Assembly (NCBI GenBank): GCA_905250025.1
Contig: CAJNOJ010000059.1
Location: 1 to 41,278 of the forward strand
Direction: 5' to 3'
DNA: 41,278 bases
Source: Adineta ricciae
Taxonomy: Eukaryota
Each line of letters starts with the position of its first letter. Positions within the stretch are counted from its first letter, which is position 1. Shown piece after piece: positions 24,038 to 36,312 of the stretch. The notes under the pieces are model-generated. The model worked only from the letters and a program-made list of their open reading frames with translations, did not search any database and had not been told where the DNA came from. A program made the position numbers and the translations under genes.

Positions 24038-26298
24038 ATGATATTTCGATGGATTTATTTATTTTTACTTATATTGTGGTTACAATCCGGAATTGTAGCT
24101 CGAAAATATTCGAAATACCATGAGCGAGCTGATAATTTCGAACATGAAATACTTGATATGCTCAACAAGCGATACTCTACAAATTTCCATTCAATTTCTG
24201 ATATACTAGAACTCGACGAACGTGAAGAAGTTGATCCTAACGACCATGCCGATGTTGAACTTTGGAATAAATTAAATGATGAAGATATAGCGAATATGCC
24301 AAAGACCGATGATTATTCCAGCGAAAAGGATGCGTTACGTTGGCTTGAATGGTATTCGAAAATATCACTACGAAACTATCAAGTATGTAAGACGATGAAT
24401 ACGATTCTTTATTGAATGTTTTATTCTTCTAGGTCAGTGCGTTTCTTGGATGGAATCATCGAACTAATTTAACAAAAGAAAACCAAGCAGCCGTATCTGC
24501 ACAGAGTGTTCGAACAGCGCCTTTCAATCGCATGGCTTTGCCCATTGCGAAAAAATTTAATGAATACATGAAAAACTCGAACAATGAAGACTTGAAACGT
24601 ATTTACGGTCGTTTAGCTCAAGGTACAATTAGCCACAACGATGAAGATGTCAAGACACGTTCTAAACTACACTCGAAACTGGAAAAAATCTATTCCACAG
24701 CTGAAGTTTGTGAATTAAATGATACGAAGAAGTGTTATACACTTTCACCAACATTGGAACAGCTGATGCAAGTCGAAAAAGATTATGATCGTTTACTATG
24801 GGCATGGAAAGGTTGGCACAATCAATGTGGCAATAAGATTCGTCCAGTTTATCTACCTTTCATTCACCTATTGAATAAAAGTTCGAAAGAGAACGGATAT
24901 AAAGACTTAGCGGTAAGTCAAAGATATCCGTGGGACACTTGTTCTCATTGTTCTTTTGTGTTTTACAGCAAGAATGGATTCAGGATTACGAAATGGGTGA
25001 TGACATCGAATTTGAACGCATGTTTGACGACAATTTGAGAGCGATAATGCCACTCTACGAACAACTACATGCGTATGTGCGCGGCCGTTTGTGTCAACTC
25101 TATCCCAACCGTTTCGATTGCGATGGTCCCATTCCCGCTCATCTACTCGGTATGCGTCTGTTGTTCTCATTAATTTAAATACACAATTGCAATCTATGTA
25201 TAGGTAACATGTGGGCACAACAATGGCAGGATCGCCTTGATGATTTTATGCCATATCCTGATGCTCCGCTTGTTGATATTACAGAAATGTTACACAAGAA
25301 AAAGTACACAATTCATCGAATGTACACAACTGCTGAAGAATTTTTCACTTCGATCAATCTTTATCCAATGACGCCAAAATTCTGGGCGCGTAGTTTGTTT
25401 TCCAAACCAAAAGATCGCGAAGTTGTATGCCATCCTTCAGCATCCGATTTCAAATATCACGATGATTATCGAGTTAAAATCTGTACAGTTATAAATGATG
25501 ATTATTTTTATACTGCTCATCATGAAATGGGCCATGTAGAATACTATATGTCCTATGCGAAAATGCCGTTTGTTTACCAAGATGGCGCGAACTCCGGTTT
25601 TCACGAAGCCATTGGAGATACAATCGGCATGTATGCAAGTGAGTTTGTGATATGAAATGGTATTCATGTTCTATGAAATAATTGTGCTCTTAACATTTTT
25701 AGTCTCAATTCCACATTTAATCAAATTAGGTTTTGTCGATGAGAAGACCGTTACTTTGCATTACGAAATGAATTCTTTGATGCGTATGGCTTTACAAAAG
25801 GTAGCCTTCTTGCCTTTTGGTTACGTTATGGATAAATATCGTTTTCAACTATTTCGTGGCCAAATCAAAGAAGAGACAGAATTAAATGCAAGATGGTGGG
25901 AGTTACGTAAAAAGTACAGCGGACTTATGCCACCTGTGCCTCGAAGCGATCCCGAAAACTTTGATCCCGGTGCGAAATATCATATACCATCAAACACTCC
26001 ATATGCAAGATATTTTATTGCTCATATCTTACAGTTTCAATTCTATCGTGCAATGTGTCGATTACAAGGTCAAACGGAACGCCTCCATATGTGTGACATC
26101 TATGGAAACAAGGATGTCGGAACCAGATTTCGGCAAATGTTGGCAATGGGAAGTTCCAAACCATGGTCAGAAGTCTTAGAAAGTTTAACGGGAGAAACTA
26201 AATTAGAGCCACAGGCAATGATGGACTATTTTGAGCCATTGTATAAATGGTTGAAAATGGAAAATCTTGCTCGAGGTTATCCTGTTGGTTGGATGTGA
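24038..26298 (+). CDS. ACE: Angiotensin-converting-enzyme-like M2 zinc dipeptidyl carboxypeptidase, secreted
   Basis: Five exons: approx 24038-24382, 24433-24912, 24969-25149, 25204-25638, 25703-26298. Signal peptide MIFRWIYLFLLILWLQSGIVA. M2 hallmarks: GPIPAHLLGNMWAQQW, HHEMGHVEYYMSY (HEXXH zinc site), GANSGFHEAIGD (third zinc ligand Glu), MPPVPRSDPENFDPGAKYHIPSNTPYARYF. Confidence 0.9.
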
Positions 26299-26520
26299 TA
26301 GCAAGAAAGGAAGTACAGGCTTCGATTTTCGACAGTGTACATCTATGATATTTTTATCTAATAAATATCTGATGTTTACAAGCTATTTTGTAAACTTTAT
26401 GACAGTATTATTTTTTTCTTCAAAGAAATATTTCTTAGATTTCATTTCGGATTTATTATTCGTTACTTGAGAGTACAAAAAATGGACGGATAGAATTGGA
26501 GAATACTTTTCAAATGAGAT

Positions 26521-26952
26521 TTAAACTTTCATTTTATCTGTTGATTGTTGTTGAAGATCATGAATCATATAATTAACTGGGTCCGCAGGTCGAGTCAAAA
26601 CAACTTTCGCTGTCAGTGTCTACAAAGCATACACAGATAAAAAATACTCTTCTATTGATCGAACATTTACTTTGAGATATTCGTACATTCCATGTCGCAT
26701 CATATATTTATCAGCGAGAACATCTGGATTCTCATTCTGATAGGTTTTGTGTAGCATAACATCGATTTCTTCATCGGTAGCTTCTTGTTGTTCGCCATTG
26801 TCATTAATTTTGAGTAAACCAAGCATTTGCAAACGTCGTTGAGCTTCAGGATGTATACGTTCGAGTTCAAATTTCAATTTAGTTGCTACAACGAAACTGT
26901 CCACATCCAACGATTGTAAAGTCGACCATTCTGCTGGATGTTCATTCATCAT
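26521..26952 (-). CDS. Hypothetical protein with a C-terminal DPY-30 / RIIa-like dimerisation-docking motif (about 127 aa)
   Basis: Two exons: approx 26671-26952 and 26521-26619, with a 51-bp intron. The C-terminus YMMRHGMYEYLKTLTAKVVLTRPADPVNYMIHDLQQ matches the DPY-30 motif pattern (Y..L...L...RP.DP..Y....L). The N-terminal about 95 aa has no recognisable family. An upstream in-frame ATG at 26976 is also possible. Confidence 0.5.
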
Positions 26953-27064
26953 GGTATAAATCTTAAACAAAAACAAAAGCTAAAATCTAACCGAATCAAT
27001 AACTATGAAACAAAAATCACAATCAATTTCTTAAAATTAGAAAAATGAAAATGAGTTTCTTCGG

Positions 27065-27733
<669 letters not shown>

Positions 27734-27847
27734 TGTTCGGTGAGATCTTGTCTACAATACAAACAGATTCAGTAAGTTAGAACATCAAGAAAAAACGAGA
27801 CTTGTTTATTGACAGCGAAACAAAAAGACAATGTCACAAAAAAATGT

Positions 27848-28420
27848 TCTAAACAGCCGATTGACGATAATTTTTTGTTTGCAAAATCTTCACTCCACAC
27901 ATGCCACATATGCCCAATTTGTAGGCACAACCTAGACGAACTCAAATCGAAAAAACGCTAAACGCATCGGAAAAAAAACAAACCTTGACAATAAGAACTT
28001 CCCGGTTGATGAATAGTACCTTTGCACACTTTACATTTGCTAAATTTAGTCGTATACGGACTATACCTAGACATAGACTGATTATAGGCAATTTACACGG
28101 TTCGAGATGAAGAACAAACCGTGTTGATTTTCCGCTTAATAATTTATTCTCATTTAGTTTTCGACCACCACTTTCTAAGAACGATTTACACAAACGTGAA
28201 CCAAGACAGTTTATTACAAATACATACCCACTGTATTACGAGAACCACCTAGAAGAGAGACGCGTGCAAAGCCTTCAACCATTTTTTAATATCAACAACA
28301 AACATACTTTTCCAAGTCTCTTGTGTTGCAACTGTGCCAACTTTCTTTTTACCTGACAAACAGACAATTTTTGATCTCCAAACGGAAAACTTCAATGAAC
28401 TTACAATTGTCGCAAACCAT
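27848..28420 (-). CDS. CRIPT: Cysteine-rich PDZ-binding protein CRIPT, 100 aa
   Basis: Six exons including 16-nt and 21-nt microexons: approx 28405-28420, 28308-28352, 28228-28248, 28120-28174, 27983-28065, 27848-27930. The spliced protein is MVCDNCKKKVGTVATQETWKSGSRNTVESGGRKLNENKLLSGKSTRYSPYTTKFSKCKVCKGTIHQPGSSYCQGCAYKLGICGMCGVKILQTKNYRQSAV, collinear with vertebrate CRIPT. Confidence 0.85.
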
Positions 28421-28475
28421 GATAATCTATGTACACAGTTATTCTATATCTACAACAAATGAACTGTATATTTAT

Positions 28476-29113
28476 CTAATCAGCTAGTGGATTGGCATGA
28501 ATAGTAGCACGTTGTATTCGAATGTCTGTTTCTGGTCGATATGTTTTTTCGTTCACCGAGACTTTTTCTAATTCATCGAGAGTTTCAAATCCATCAATAA
28601 CTTTGCCAAATACAGTGTATTTTCCGTCAAGATTCGCTTGTTTACTATAGGTTATAAAAAATTGCGAGCCATTCGTATCTGCACCTCGACTGGCCATCGA
28701 AACGATTCCTCGTTGACTATGCTAAACGAATCAATTAAGTTTAATTGATTGAAAAAAAGTGCAAGAGTACTTTCAAAAGAGGATCAATTTCATCCTAAAT
28801 AAACGAAAAATACAAGTGAATAGTTTAATGAATAATGTAGATGTATTACTGGAAAATATTCACCCCAAATACTCTGTCCACCTTTGCCAGTTCCCGTTGG
28901 ATCACCAGTTTGAATCATATAACCTTTTACATTTCGATGGAATAAACAATTATCGTAGTAATTACTTGCACACAAGGCCAAGAAATTCTAGATTTATTAT
29001 ATACTTTCTCGATGAAATATTCATCTCATCGTTGAATTCCTTACCTCACAAGCTTTCGGACATTGATCACAGTAGAGTTCGATTTTGATATCACCTAAAT
29101 CCGTGTGTAGTGT
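28476..29113 (-). CDS. PPIL3: Peptidyl-prolyl cis-trans isomerase-like 3 (PPIL3 cyclophilin), 161 aa
   Basis: Four exons: approx 29036-29113, 28850-28987, 28771-28794, 28476-28721. [68 protein letters not shown]...[48 protein letters not shown] is near-collinear with human PPIL3, which is also 161 aa. Confidence 0.9.
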
Positions 29114-29260
29114 AACAGACATCTAGAACGCAGAAGAATCAAGGAAATGAAAATAATCTCGTAGATTTTGTTTTTTTACACAATCAAAGGCAAAAAAAGT
29201 AAATAGATGTATAAAAAAGAAAAGTATTGTACAAGAATCGCAAACGTTCTTTTTCATTGT

Positions 29261-31211
29261 TTATGCTGACTCGCCTTCCGTGTTCACAACGACAGTATTG
29301 TGTTCGATCTCATCCTTTTTCTGTCGACGATATTCACAATGGAAAAAACAGATAAAACAAATGACTAGAACCACCGAAAACGCAGCCAGAATATATACAG
29401 GAACTAAACAACGAGACATGAAACATAGGAAAAGCAATTGTGCAGTGTTTTACTCGAATAATCACGAATATCATCGAGTTGTCCATCTTGAATGTCACAT
29501 TTCTGAATACTCATTTGATGAGGTGAGGGTGACATTGTAAAATGTGGTAAGATGATAATCGCAAGTATACTTCCCACTTGACTAGAAACAGATTGGATGT
29601 AAACTTACATATGTTATTTGTAATTTTCTTACCTTGCCACCATGAAAATTCCCACTACAGTAGCTTCAGGAACTGGATGCGTACTAAATAAAAGTGTCAG
29701 TAAATGTTTAGATAAAGTCTGTCGCATCGAATTACATACGTTTCAATACTCAGATCTAAACTTAGTGGAAGTATAGGCGCATTTGATAATCCAGCGATAG
29801 CAAAGATCAGATAAAGCCAATACGATTTGACTTCGTTAACAATGAACTATTGATACATATGTATGAAATAGATAGTAATCAGAATGTTTACTTACTAATC
29901 CAATACACATCAATGAAATAACTCCAATGGAATACAGAATCTTTGTTAACTCTTCTAATTTTTTTGTTTTATCGGCAATGTAGCCCATGACAATACATCC
30001 GATCAAGCCAAATATAATAAAAGAACCGATACATAATCCCACTGCAATGTTGTCATAGCCAAATGGACACATAATCTGTTGTAACAATGTCGAAAGTGTA
30101 TTGTTATTCGATAGACCAATACCAATCGTAGCGAAGAGAATTAAATACGATTTCGATGTAATAAGCTGAATAATAAACATTGTTAATCAATCGATTTATC
30201 AGAGTTAAATTTCATACTTTTTTGAAAACTAATCGATAAGGAGTTTTGACATCAAGTGCTGCTAAACACGATGGTGTTGGTGGTTGTGATGATCGAACAG
30301 TTAAGGACAAAGCAGCTGCAAGAATTGCTGGAATTAATGTGAGATAAAGCTAAATGAATGAATAAAACAATCAATAGAAAGAGATGTTTTCGTTTGCATT
30401 GCATAGCACATACTAATAGAGGTATTTTATGTTCATTAGGAACGATCAATGGTGGTGTCACAGTACCAATGAAAACACCGAGAAAGTTAGCTTGAAAGAT
30501 ACATATGTAAAGATACGTTCTGACAGTGTTTAAATCTTACTAGCAAAACAGAGACTATTTGCTAATGTTCGTTGGTGTTCTGGAAACCACGCAAAAGCAA
30601 ATTTAGTTGGTAAAAACAGTGTAAATGTTTGAGCGAATGAGCAAATCAATTGACCTACAGAAATCAATCAAATAATTAATATGATTACTAAAAATATGTC
30701 TTACCGGTGAAAACAATTGGATAACGGCCATGCACCGAAACGAATCCCCATGTGCTAATCACTCGAAACGATCCACCGATTAGATTCAACCAAACACCTG
30801 TTAAAATCTGTCGAAAGAAATTCTATCCTTGCTGAATTTGATCATCTTTCGAGAACTTACTCCAAATCGAATACCGAAGCGATCAATGGCCCAGGTCGAT
30901 GGTAATGTAAATATACCACAGACGACCATAAATATAAGTGAAAGCCAGTTGACAGCTGCATAGGAAACGTCGAAATATACTTTAGCATAATTAGCGATTG
31001 AAGCAAAATTTATCCATAACTATACGAACGCGTGTTATTATTTTCAATGAAGTAACAAAAAAAGTTTACTCACAATTGAATTTGACAAATTTGCCAGACA
31101 GATACAGAGTAGATAAAGCCATCGTCGTCTGTATACTTTGAATTCTAGTGGAGTCACCAAAGGTGTTGGTGACGATGGACGAGAATCATCATTATCGATA
31201 GAGCCGTACAT
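29261..31211 (-). CDS. MFS transporter, FLVCR / SLC49-like, paralog A
   Basis: Multi-exon gene on the minus strand; exons only partly mapped. Start MYGSIDNDDSRPSSPTPLVTPLEFKVYRRRWLYLLCICLANLSNSI (the YRRRW.L..C.L block resembles FLVCR N-termini). Internal exons encode LYLTLIPAILAAALSLTVRSSQPPTPSCLAALDVK and QQIMCPFGYDNIAVGLCIGSFIIFGLIGCIVMGYIADKTKKLEE. It ends ...HCEYRRQKKDEIEHNTVVVNTEGESA with the stop at 29261-29263. Confidence 0.7.
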
Positions 31212-31286
31212 CTAGAAATTACGCAATCACATGAAATAACATCGAATGACATGTTATGACTATCGAGTTGGTGTCATTCGCTAACT
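31212..31286. promoter_or_regulatory. About 75-bp head-to-head intergenic spacer between MFS paralog A (minus) and the NMNAT-kinase gene (plus): putative bidirectional promoter or twin trans-splice acceptor region
   Basis: The ATG of the minus-strand MFS gene is at 31209-31211 and the ATG of the plus-strand ORF is at 31287. On the minus strand aatttctag directly precedes ATG. Confidence 0.4.
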
Positions 31287-32774
31287 ATGATCGACACCGA
31301 CAAACTACTCTTGCCTCTATCCGATGCAAAAAAGAATATTGTCTTACTGTTAAATGGATGTTTCAATCCAATACACAACAATCACATTCGTCTCTTAGAA
31401 GTCGCACGCGAACATCTAAATACGTTGGATACATATCATATCGTTGGTGGATATGTTTCTCCAACTCATGATGCCGCTATTCAACGGAAAATATCGACTA
31501 TTCATGCAACATGGCAAAATCGTCTCGAAATGTGTCGACTAGCTGTTCGAGATTCATCATGGATTATGGTAGATGGATGGTTAGTCTCGCAAGAGAGAAA
31601 TATCGGTGCTCAACAATCTAAACAGCATTTAAAAGATTTCCTGTGTAAATCTTATCCTTCGATTGAAGTTGTATCGGTATGTGGTGGTGATGCTTTACCA
31701 AAATTGAAAGTAACATTTAAAAAAGAATTGGTAATATGCGTAAATAATCGACCGATTGAAGATTTCGACTTTGACGAATGGTTTCATTCACCAGCCATCG
31801 AACAATTTCATCATAATATCATTCTCATACATGATAATCAATGTAGTAAATACATAAGTAGTACGAATATTCGTCGACGAATCAGTGAAAATCGTTTTGA
31901 TTTATTGATTGATGATCTTCATCCATCAGTGCTCGATTACCATCGTGAACAAGAAATCACTTATCGTTCGGCAGATGAAACTGTTCTTTGGTCTGAACTC
32001 GGCGGAAATGACGGTGTTGTACTTGGACAAGGTCGATGTGCGACGGTTTATCAGAAAGAATATAAACATCGACATGTTGCTGTAAAAGTTATACGGGAGC
32101 GTAGACAATTTGTGAACGAATTGAAAGTTTTAACACTATTGGCTAATGAAACATCATATCATGTAAATCTCATTGAAATATATGGCATAGGTGATCAGTT
32201 TTGTGTCATGGAAAAATGTGATATAGATCTTCTTTCATACATTGAGAAGAATCGAATGGTAAAAAGCCAGACAATAACAACAATTTTCCCAAATTCACAG
32301 TGGTTAAGTTTCATCAAACAAATGTTGACTGGATTTGTTCATTTGATTTCACTTGGCATTCTTCATCGTGATATAAAGACAGATAATATTCTCCTATCCA
32401 ATATGATTGTTAAAATATCTGATTTCAGTGTGTCAGTCAATTTGAGTTCCATGACTAAAATGCCAGTGCGAGGTTCGATGCGTCATTACCCACCGGAATC
32501 TATCAATGATAAGCAAATTTACACCGAAAAATCGGATGTTTTCATGTTTGGATGCTTACTTTATGAAATTGTTCATGGTGGACAACGCGTTTGGCATGAA
32601 GTCGACACATCTGAAGTTGTCAAGCGACGATTAAACGGTGAAAAACCATTATTTTCCGTGCAATGTGAACCATGGTATTTGGACGCGGTGACACACGATT
32701 GTTGGGCATTCAATAGTGACCAACGACCAACATTTGAACAACTATTACAGAATACATTTATACGAAATAATTAA
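31287..32774 (+). CDS. Bifunctional-looking fusion protein: N-terminal NMNAT-like (nicotinamide/nicotinate mononucleotide adenylyltransferase) nucleotidyltransferase domain fused to a C-terminal protein kinase domain; intronless, 495 aa
   Basis: Single uninterrupted ORF. Residues about 10-235 carry both nucleotidyltransferase signatures of the NMNAT family: the (H/T)xxH motif in LLNGCFNPIHNNHIRLLE and the C-terminal ISSTNIRRRI motif (compare ISSTKIRRAL in NMNAT1). Intermediate blocks are collinear (VSVCGGDALPKL, ELVICVNNRPIED, NIILIHDNQ). Residues about 240-495 are a eukaryotic protein kinase: a Gly-loop-like LGQGRCATVY, VAVKVI (beta3 Lys), HRDIKTDNILL (catalytic loop), KISDFSVS (DFG to DFS), YPPE, and a TKL-like C-lobe CWAFNSDQRPTF. 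Confidence 0.8.
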   Translation: MIDTDKLLLPLSDAKKNIVLLLNGCFNPIHNNHIRLLEVAREHLNTLDTYHIVGGYVSPTHDAAIQRKISTIHATWQNRLEMCRLAVRDSSWIMVDGWLVSQERNIGAQQSKQHLKDFLCKSYPSIEVVSVCGGDALPKLKVTFKKELVICVNNRPIEDFDFDEWFHSPAIEQFHHNIILIHDNQCSKYISSTNIRRRISENRFDLLIDDLHPSVLDYHREQEITYRSADETVLWSELGGNDGVVLGQGRCATVYQKEYKHRHVAVKVIRERRQFVNELKVLTLLANETSYHVNLIEIYGIGDQFCVMEKCDIDLLSYIEKNRMVKSQTITTIFPNSQWLSFIKQMLTGFVHLISLGILHRDIKTDNILLSNMIVKISDFSVSVNLSSMTKMPVRGSMRHYPPESINDKQIYTEKSDVFMFGCLLYEIVHGGQRVWHEVDTSEVVKRRLNGEKPLFSVQCEPWYLDAVTHDCWAFNSDQRPTFEQLLQNTFIRNN

Positions 32775-33198
32775 AAGAAAGAAATCAGCAGGTTAAGCTT
32801 ATAATAAACTACCAATGACAGAATATGAAATAAGAAATGTAGAAACCAGCGACATCTGTGTGAATGATCGATTCGAAACAGGCGTTGTCAGTTGTAACTC
32901 AATACTTTGAAGATCGATACACTAATTGAGAACTTCTTCGAATAGAAGTATGTCGAGGTGAAATTTATTTCGAGAAATAGATGAATATGTATAAAATTGC
33001 AAGTCAGCTTTAGTTGACTCATTATGATTATTATTCATTGAATTACAATACAACAACGAAAAGAATTAAATCACAATATACATCGTTTGAAAGCTGAAGT
33101 GTGATGTAAAGCATACCAAGTTACCGAAAGAATGTCCTTCGATAATAAAACAACTTTTGTGCGGATAAATTGTGGATTGTCATAATTCGTATGTGCAA

Positions 33199-34322
33199 CT
33201 AAAATGAAAATAGATGCAAAAATACTTCTTTTTTTATCAGTGCAATTTTCGTACTTTGTCCAATACCCTCGTAGGAAAGAGGAGAATCGGATTCCACTTC
33301 GATAGGACGTATAGCAGCAAACGATATTTTCCCATGTGGTACATTTCGATCACCGGAAATCTTGCGTGCTACTAAAGCATCCGAAATAGTTTCTTCATTT
33401 GTCGACGTATCATCACTAACAGAAGGACAAGTGAATTCGTGAAAGAATTCGAGATGAAGGAGTTCTAGACCATGACCACCATACGATCCAACCCAGAGTC
33501 CATTCAAACGCGACAATGGATGATCATGTTCACTGGTAGTTGGCTGAACAATCGACAATGGATAATAGTAGATAGTCTCATGTTCATAACAACATTTTAT
33601 AAAATGAATATCACGTTCTCTGGGATGAGCATCGTCGCGATGATCATTTAAAATTAATGATGATCGTTCACTGATTGGCAGAGCTTCTTGTGATAAACCA
33701 AAGTATGGTTCGTTATTATCGAAAGTTTTGACCCATTTTAGTTCTGGGTGTGGCAAATTACAATCGTAGCAAAAGATTTGATTCGTTTGCGTATCAATAT
33801 TGAATATTTTTGTTTGTATGTAAATGGGTTCAAAAGATGATTCATCGTCATCCATGTCGAATTGGTCATGTTCGGATTGTGCAGGATAAGGTGCGATTTT
33901 TTCTCCAATGATGTTCCCATCGGACAGATTTAGATGAACATTGATAAGACCACCGAAAAACATCTCATCCGATTTCCAATAGCCGAGATATCGACCGTAG
34001 GGCACAAGAATCTTTGTGAATATTCTATAAAAAAAATGTTGGAGCATACTTCTTCGTTTTTTCGAACATTTCAATCTTCTTACTCATAAAAACTTTGTTT
34101 TATCGTATTCACTGGCGGTTTAACATTGTACAATTGATAACATAGTCGTTTCCATAAGCGGTCATCGCGTGAAACAGTGGAGAACAGAGAACAAACACGA
34201 GAAAATGAACACAGATCTCTCGGTGAATCTATACGGCTAGCTACTTCAAAGAGAACTTCATATGGAAGTTGATCCATCTGAAAATAAACATAAACTAAAA
34301 AGATTTCATTTAAAAGATTCAT
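33199..34322 (-). CDS. FBXO31: F-box only protein 31 (FBXO31)-like F-box protein
   Basis: Two exons: approx 34084-34322 and 33199-34024, with a 59-bp intron of phase 2. F-box: LPYEVLFEVASRIDSPRDLCSFSRVCSLFSTVSRDDRLWKRLC. The C-terminal domain is collinear with FBXO31: YWKSDEMFFGGLINVHLN compared with WQPDIGPYGGLLNVVVD, and GLWVGSYGGHGLELLHLEF compared with GLFKGTYGSHGLEIVMLSF. The start could instead be the second ATG at 34275-34277 (MDQLPYEV), which sits directly behind a ttattttcag acceptor. Confidence 0.8.
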
Positions 34323-36143
34323 CTAATGTTCGCAACGACGTCTGTATTTGCATTTGAAAGATCGAAAGTAAAAAATTGTGACAACAATCATGATAAATGC
34401 CATCGCGTAAAGTGATGCTGAAACAACAAGGATCTAGAACTTCAAACAGAAGATCTTAGATGTTTACTTGAATAATTTAGTATTGCCAGTCCATGTTTGA
34501 CATCTTTCGAACAAGTCTCAATCGACATTTCATGCTCATTCAACGGACGAGCGAACTTTGGGAAAACCGTCACCATCAGGATTCCAATGACTTGACTACA
34601 TAGTAAAAATTCATAAAAGTCGATTCGATTTGCTCGTCTCTACCTTGACATAACACTAACACCGATTGCTGTTGCCTCAGGTATTGGATAAACGCATTCA
34701 AGCGTCAAATCCATCGAGATAGGCGACAAAGACAACGATACAAGTCCAACCAAAGCAAATGCGAAATAGATCAAATACCTTTCCATTCGACAAACAATGA
34801 ACTAAACGAAAGGTTCAGACTAGCAAACTTTATTTGATGATTCGGATCTATACTATGGCAAGAAGAACATACGCAATTGAACTTGCAATATATAAACCTT
34901 TCGAAATTTCGTTTAATTTTCCCGTTCGATCAGCAACATAACCAAATAATAACGAACCCAAACTACCCATTCCAATAAACCATCCTAGACAGAATCCAAT
35001 TGTCCTATTATCGTAGCCATACGTACACATGATCTGTTCAATTAATGTTGACAATGCGTTAAAGCATCCAATAGCAAATCCACAAGCAAGAAATAAAACA
35101 ACGAATGATTTCGATTGGAAAAGCTAAAGAAAATTCTCAGAAAAGATCAAATTTTCAAATGTCCGAACACGATTTCATACTCGTTTCAATGCACAAGTAA
35201 ACGATTGTTGCACACGAACGACTGCTTTACACGATGGTGTCGGCGGTTCAGCTGATCGCATGGCCAAACAAAGTAAAGCAGCACAGGAAGCAGGCATAAC
35301 ATTGACATACAACTTAATGTGAGAAAGATTACGATAAAATGTCAACTCTTCAACTCACTAATAACGGAATTCTGTCGATAGTCGATGCAATCAGGGGCGA
35401 AAGAATACTGCCAAGTAAGATACCAAAGAATCCGCCTAAAAATGTGCAAAAGTAATCAATGACTATTGAGAAGAATGAACCTACTCCCAATAGCAATTGA
35501 ATTAGCGAATGAGCGTTGTTTTTCCGAAAACCATAAAAAGCAAAATTTCGTGGGAATAAACAGAATAAAAGTTTGTGCTAGAGCACAAAAAGTTTGTCCT
35601 AAAACACAAGAATGTTCTGTTAAAAAAATACGTTTTCATTTCAAACTTTACCTATCATCAACACACCAAATTTTCGATTTCGATCAAATATTGACAACAC
35701 ACTCAAACACCGAATCAAACTTCCAATGGCATTCGTCCAGGTTCCAATCAGTAACTATAAACTGCACACGATCTACTTTTACACAACATTCTATCAATCA
35801 AACCCCGGAACGAACACCGAGCCTATCGATTAACCATGTCGATGGCAATGTAAACGGTACTGTTATAAGCATGTAAATTAAACTCAGCCAATTGATCGCA
35901 TTGTAACCGACTTGATAGTATTCCGAAGCTAAATTAGCAATCGGTGAGAAATTTATCCAGATCTATATGGAAATATCTAATTAACCGTACGAAATCAATT
36001 TGATTTACCATTGCATTGGAAATTTGAGCTAAACAAACGATAAATAAATAAAACCACCGGCGTTTATATGTGATATATACATCGAGAGTAATCTCCTGTG
36101 TCTCCTCGTCTTCATTCTGACGGAGTCGTTGATAATCAGTCAT
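34323..36143 (-). CDS. MFS transporter, FLVCR / SLC49-like, paralog B
   Basis: Multi-exon gene on the minus strand. Start MTDYQRLRQNEDEETQEITLDVYITYKRRWFYLFIVCLAQISNAM, homologous to the paralog A N-terminus. An internal exon reads STLIEQIMCTYGYDNRTIGFCLGWFIGMGSLGSLLFGYVADRTGKLNE. Terminal exons encode ...ECVYPIPEATAIGVSVMSR, ...CSKDVKHGLAILNYS and ...FKCKYRRRCEH. The stop TAG is at 34323-34325, immediately abutting the FBXO31 ATG. About 45% identical to paralog A. Confidence 0.7.
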
Positions 36144-36312
36144 CTAAAACAGTTTTGTTTTGATGTAAATCAATTGATCTTTCACAAAAATATGTTAGTT
36201 AAAACGGAGTTCTTGATATTCTCGTTCTTAAAAGTTTCAATCGCATCTTTGTACAAGAAACACTTTTCTCTGGGAAAATATTTGAAAATGTAAAGCAGCT
36301 GTCCACTCATGA

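Noticed and set aside
24907-25218. 103-aa minus-strand ORF inside the ACE-like gene, and 25437-25667 / 25886-26179 ORFs
   Set aside because: Antisense or alternative-frame ORFs inside strongly supported ACE exons. No motifs.
29280-29540. 86-aa plus-strand ORF (MFTTTVLCSISSFF...)
   Set aside because: It overlaps, in antisense, the terminal exons of MFS paralog A, which are supported by homology to paralog B.
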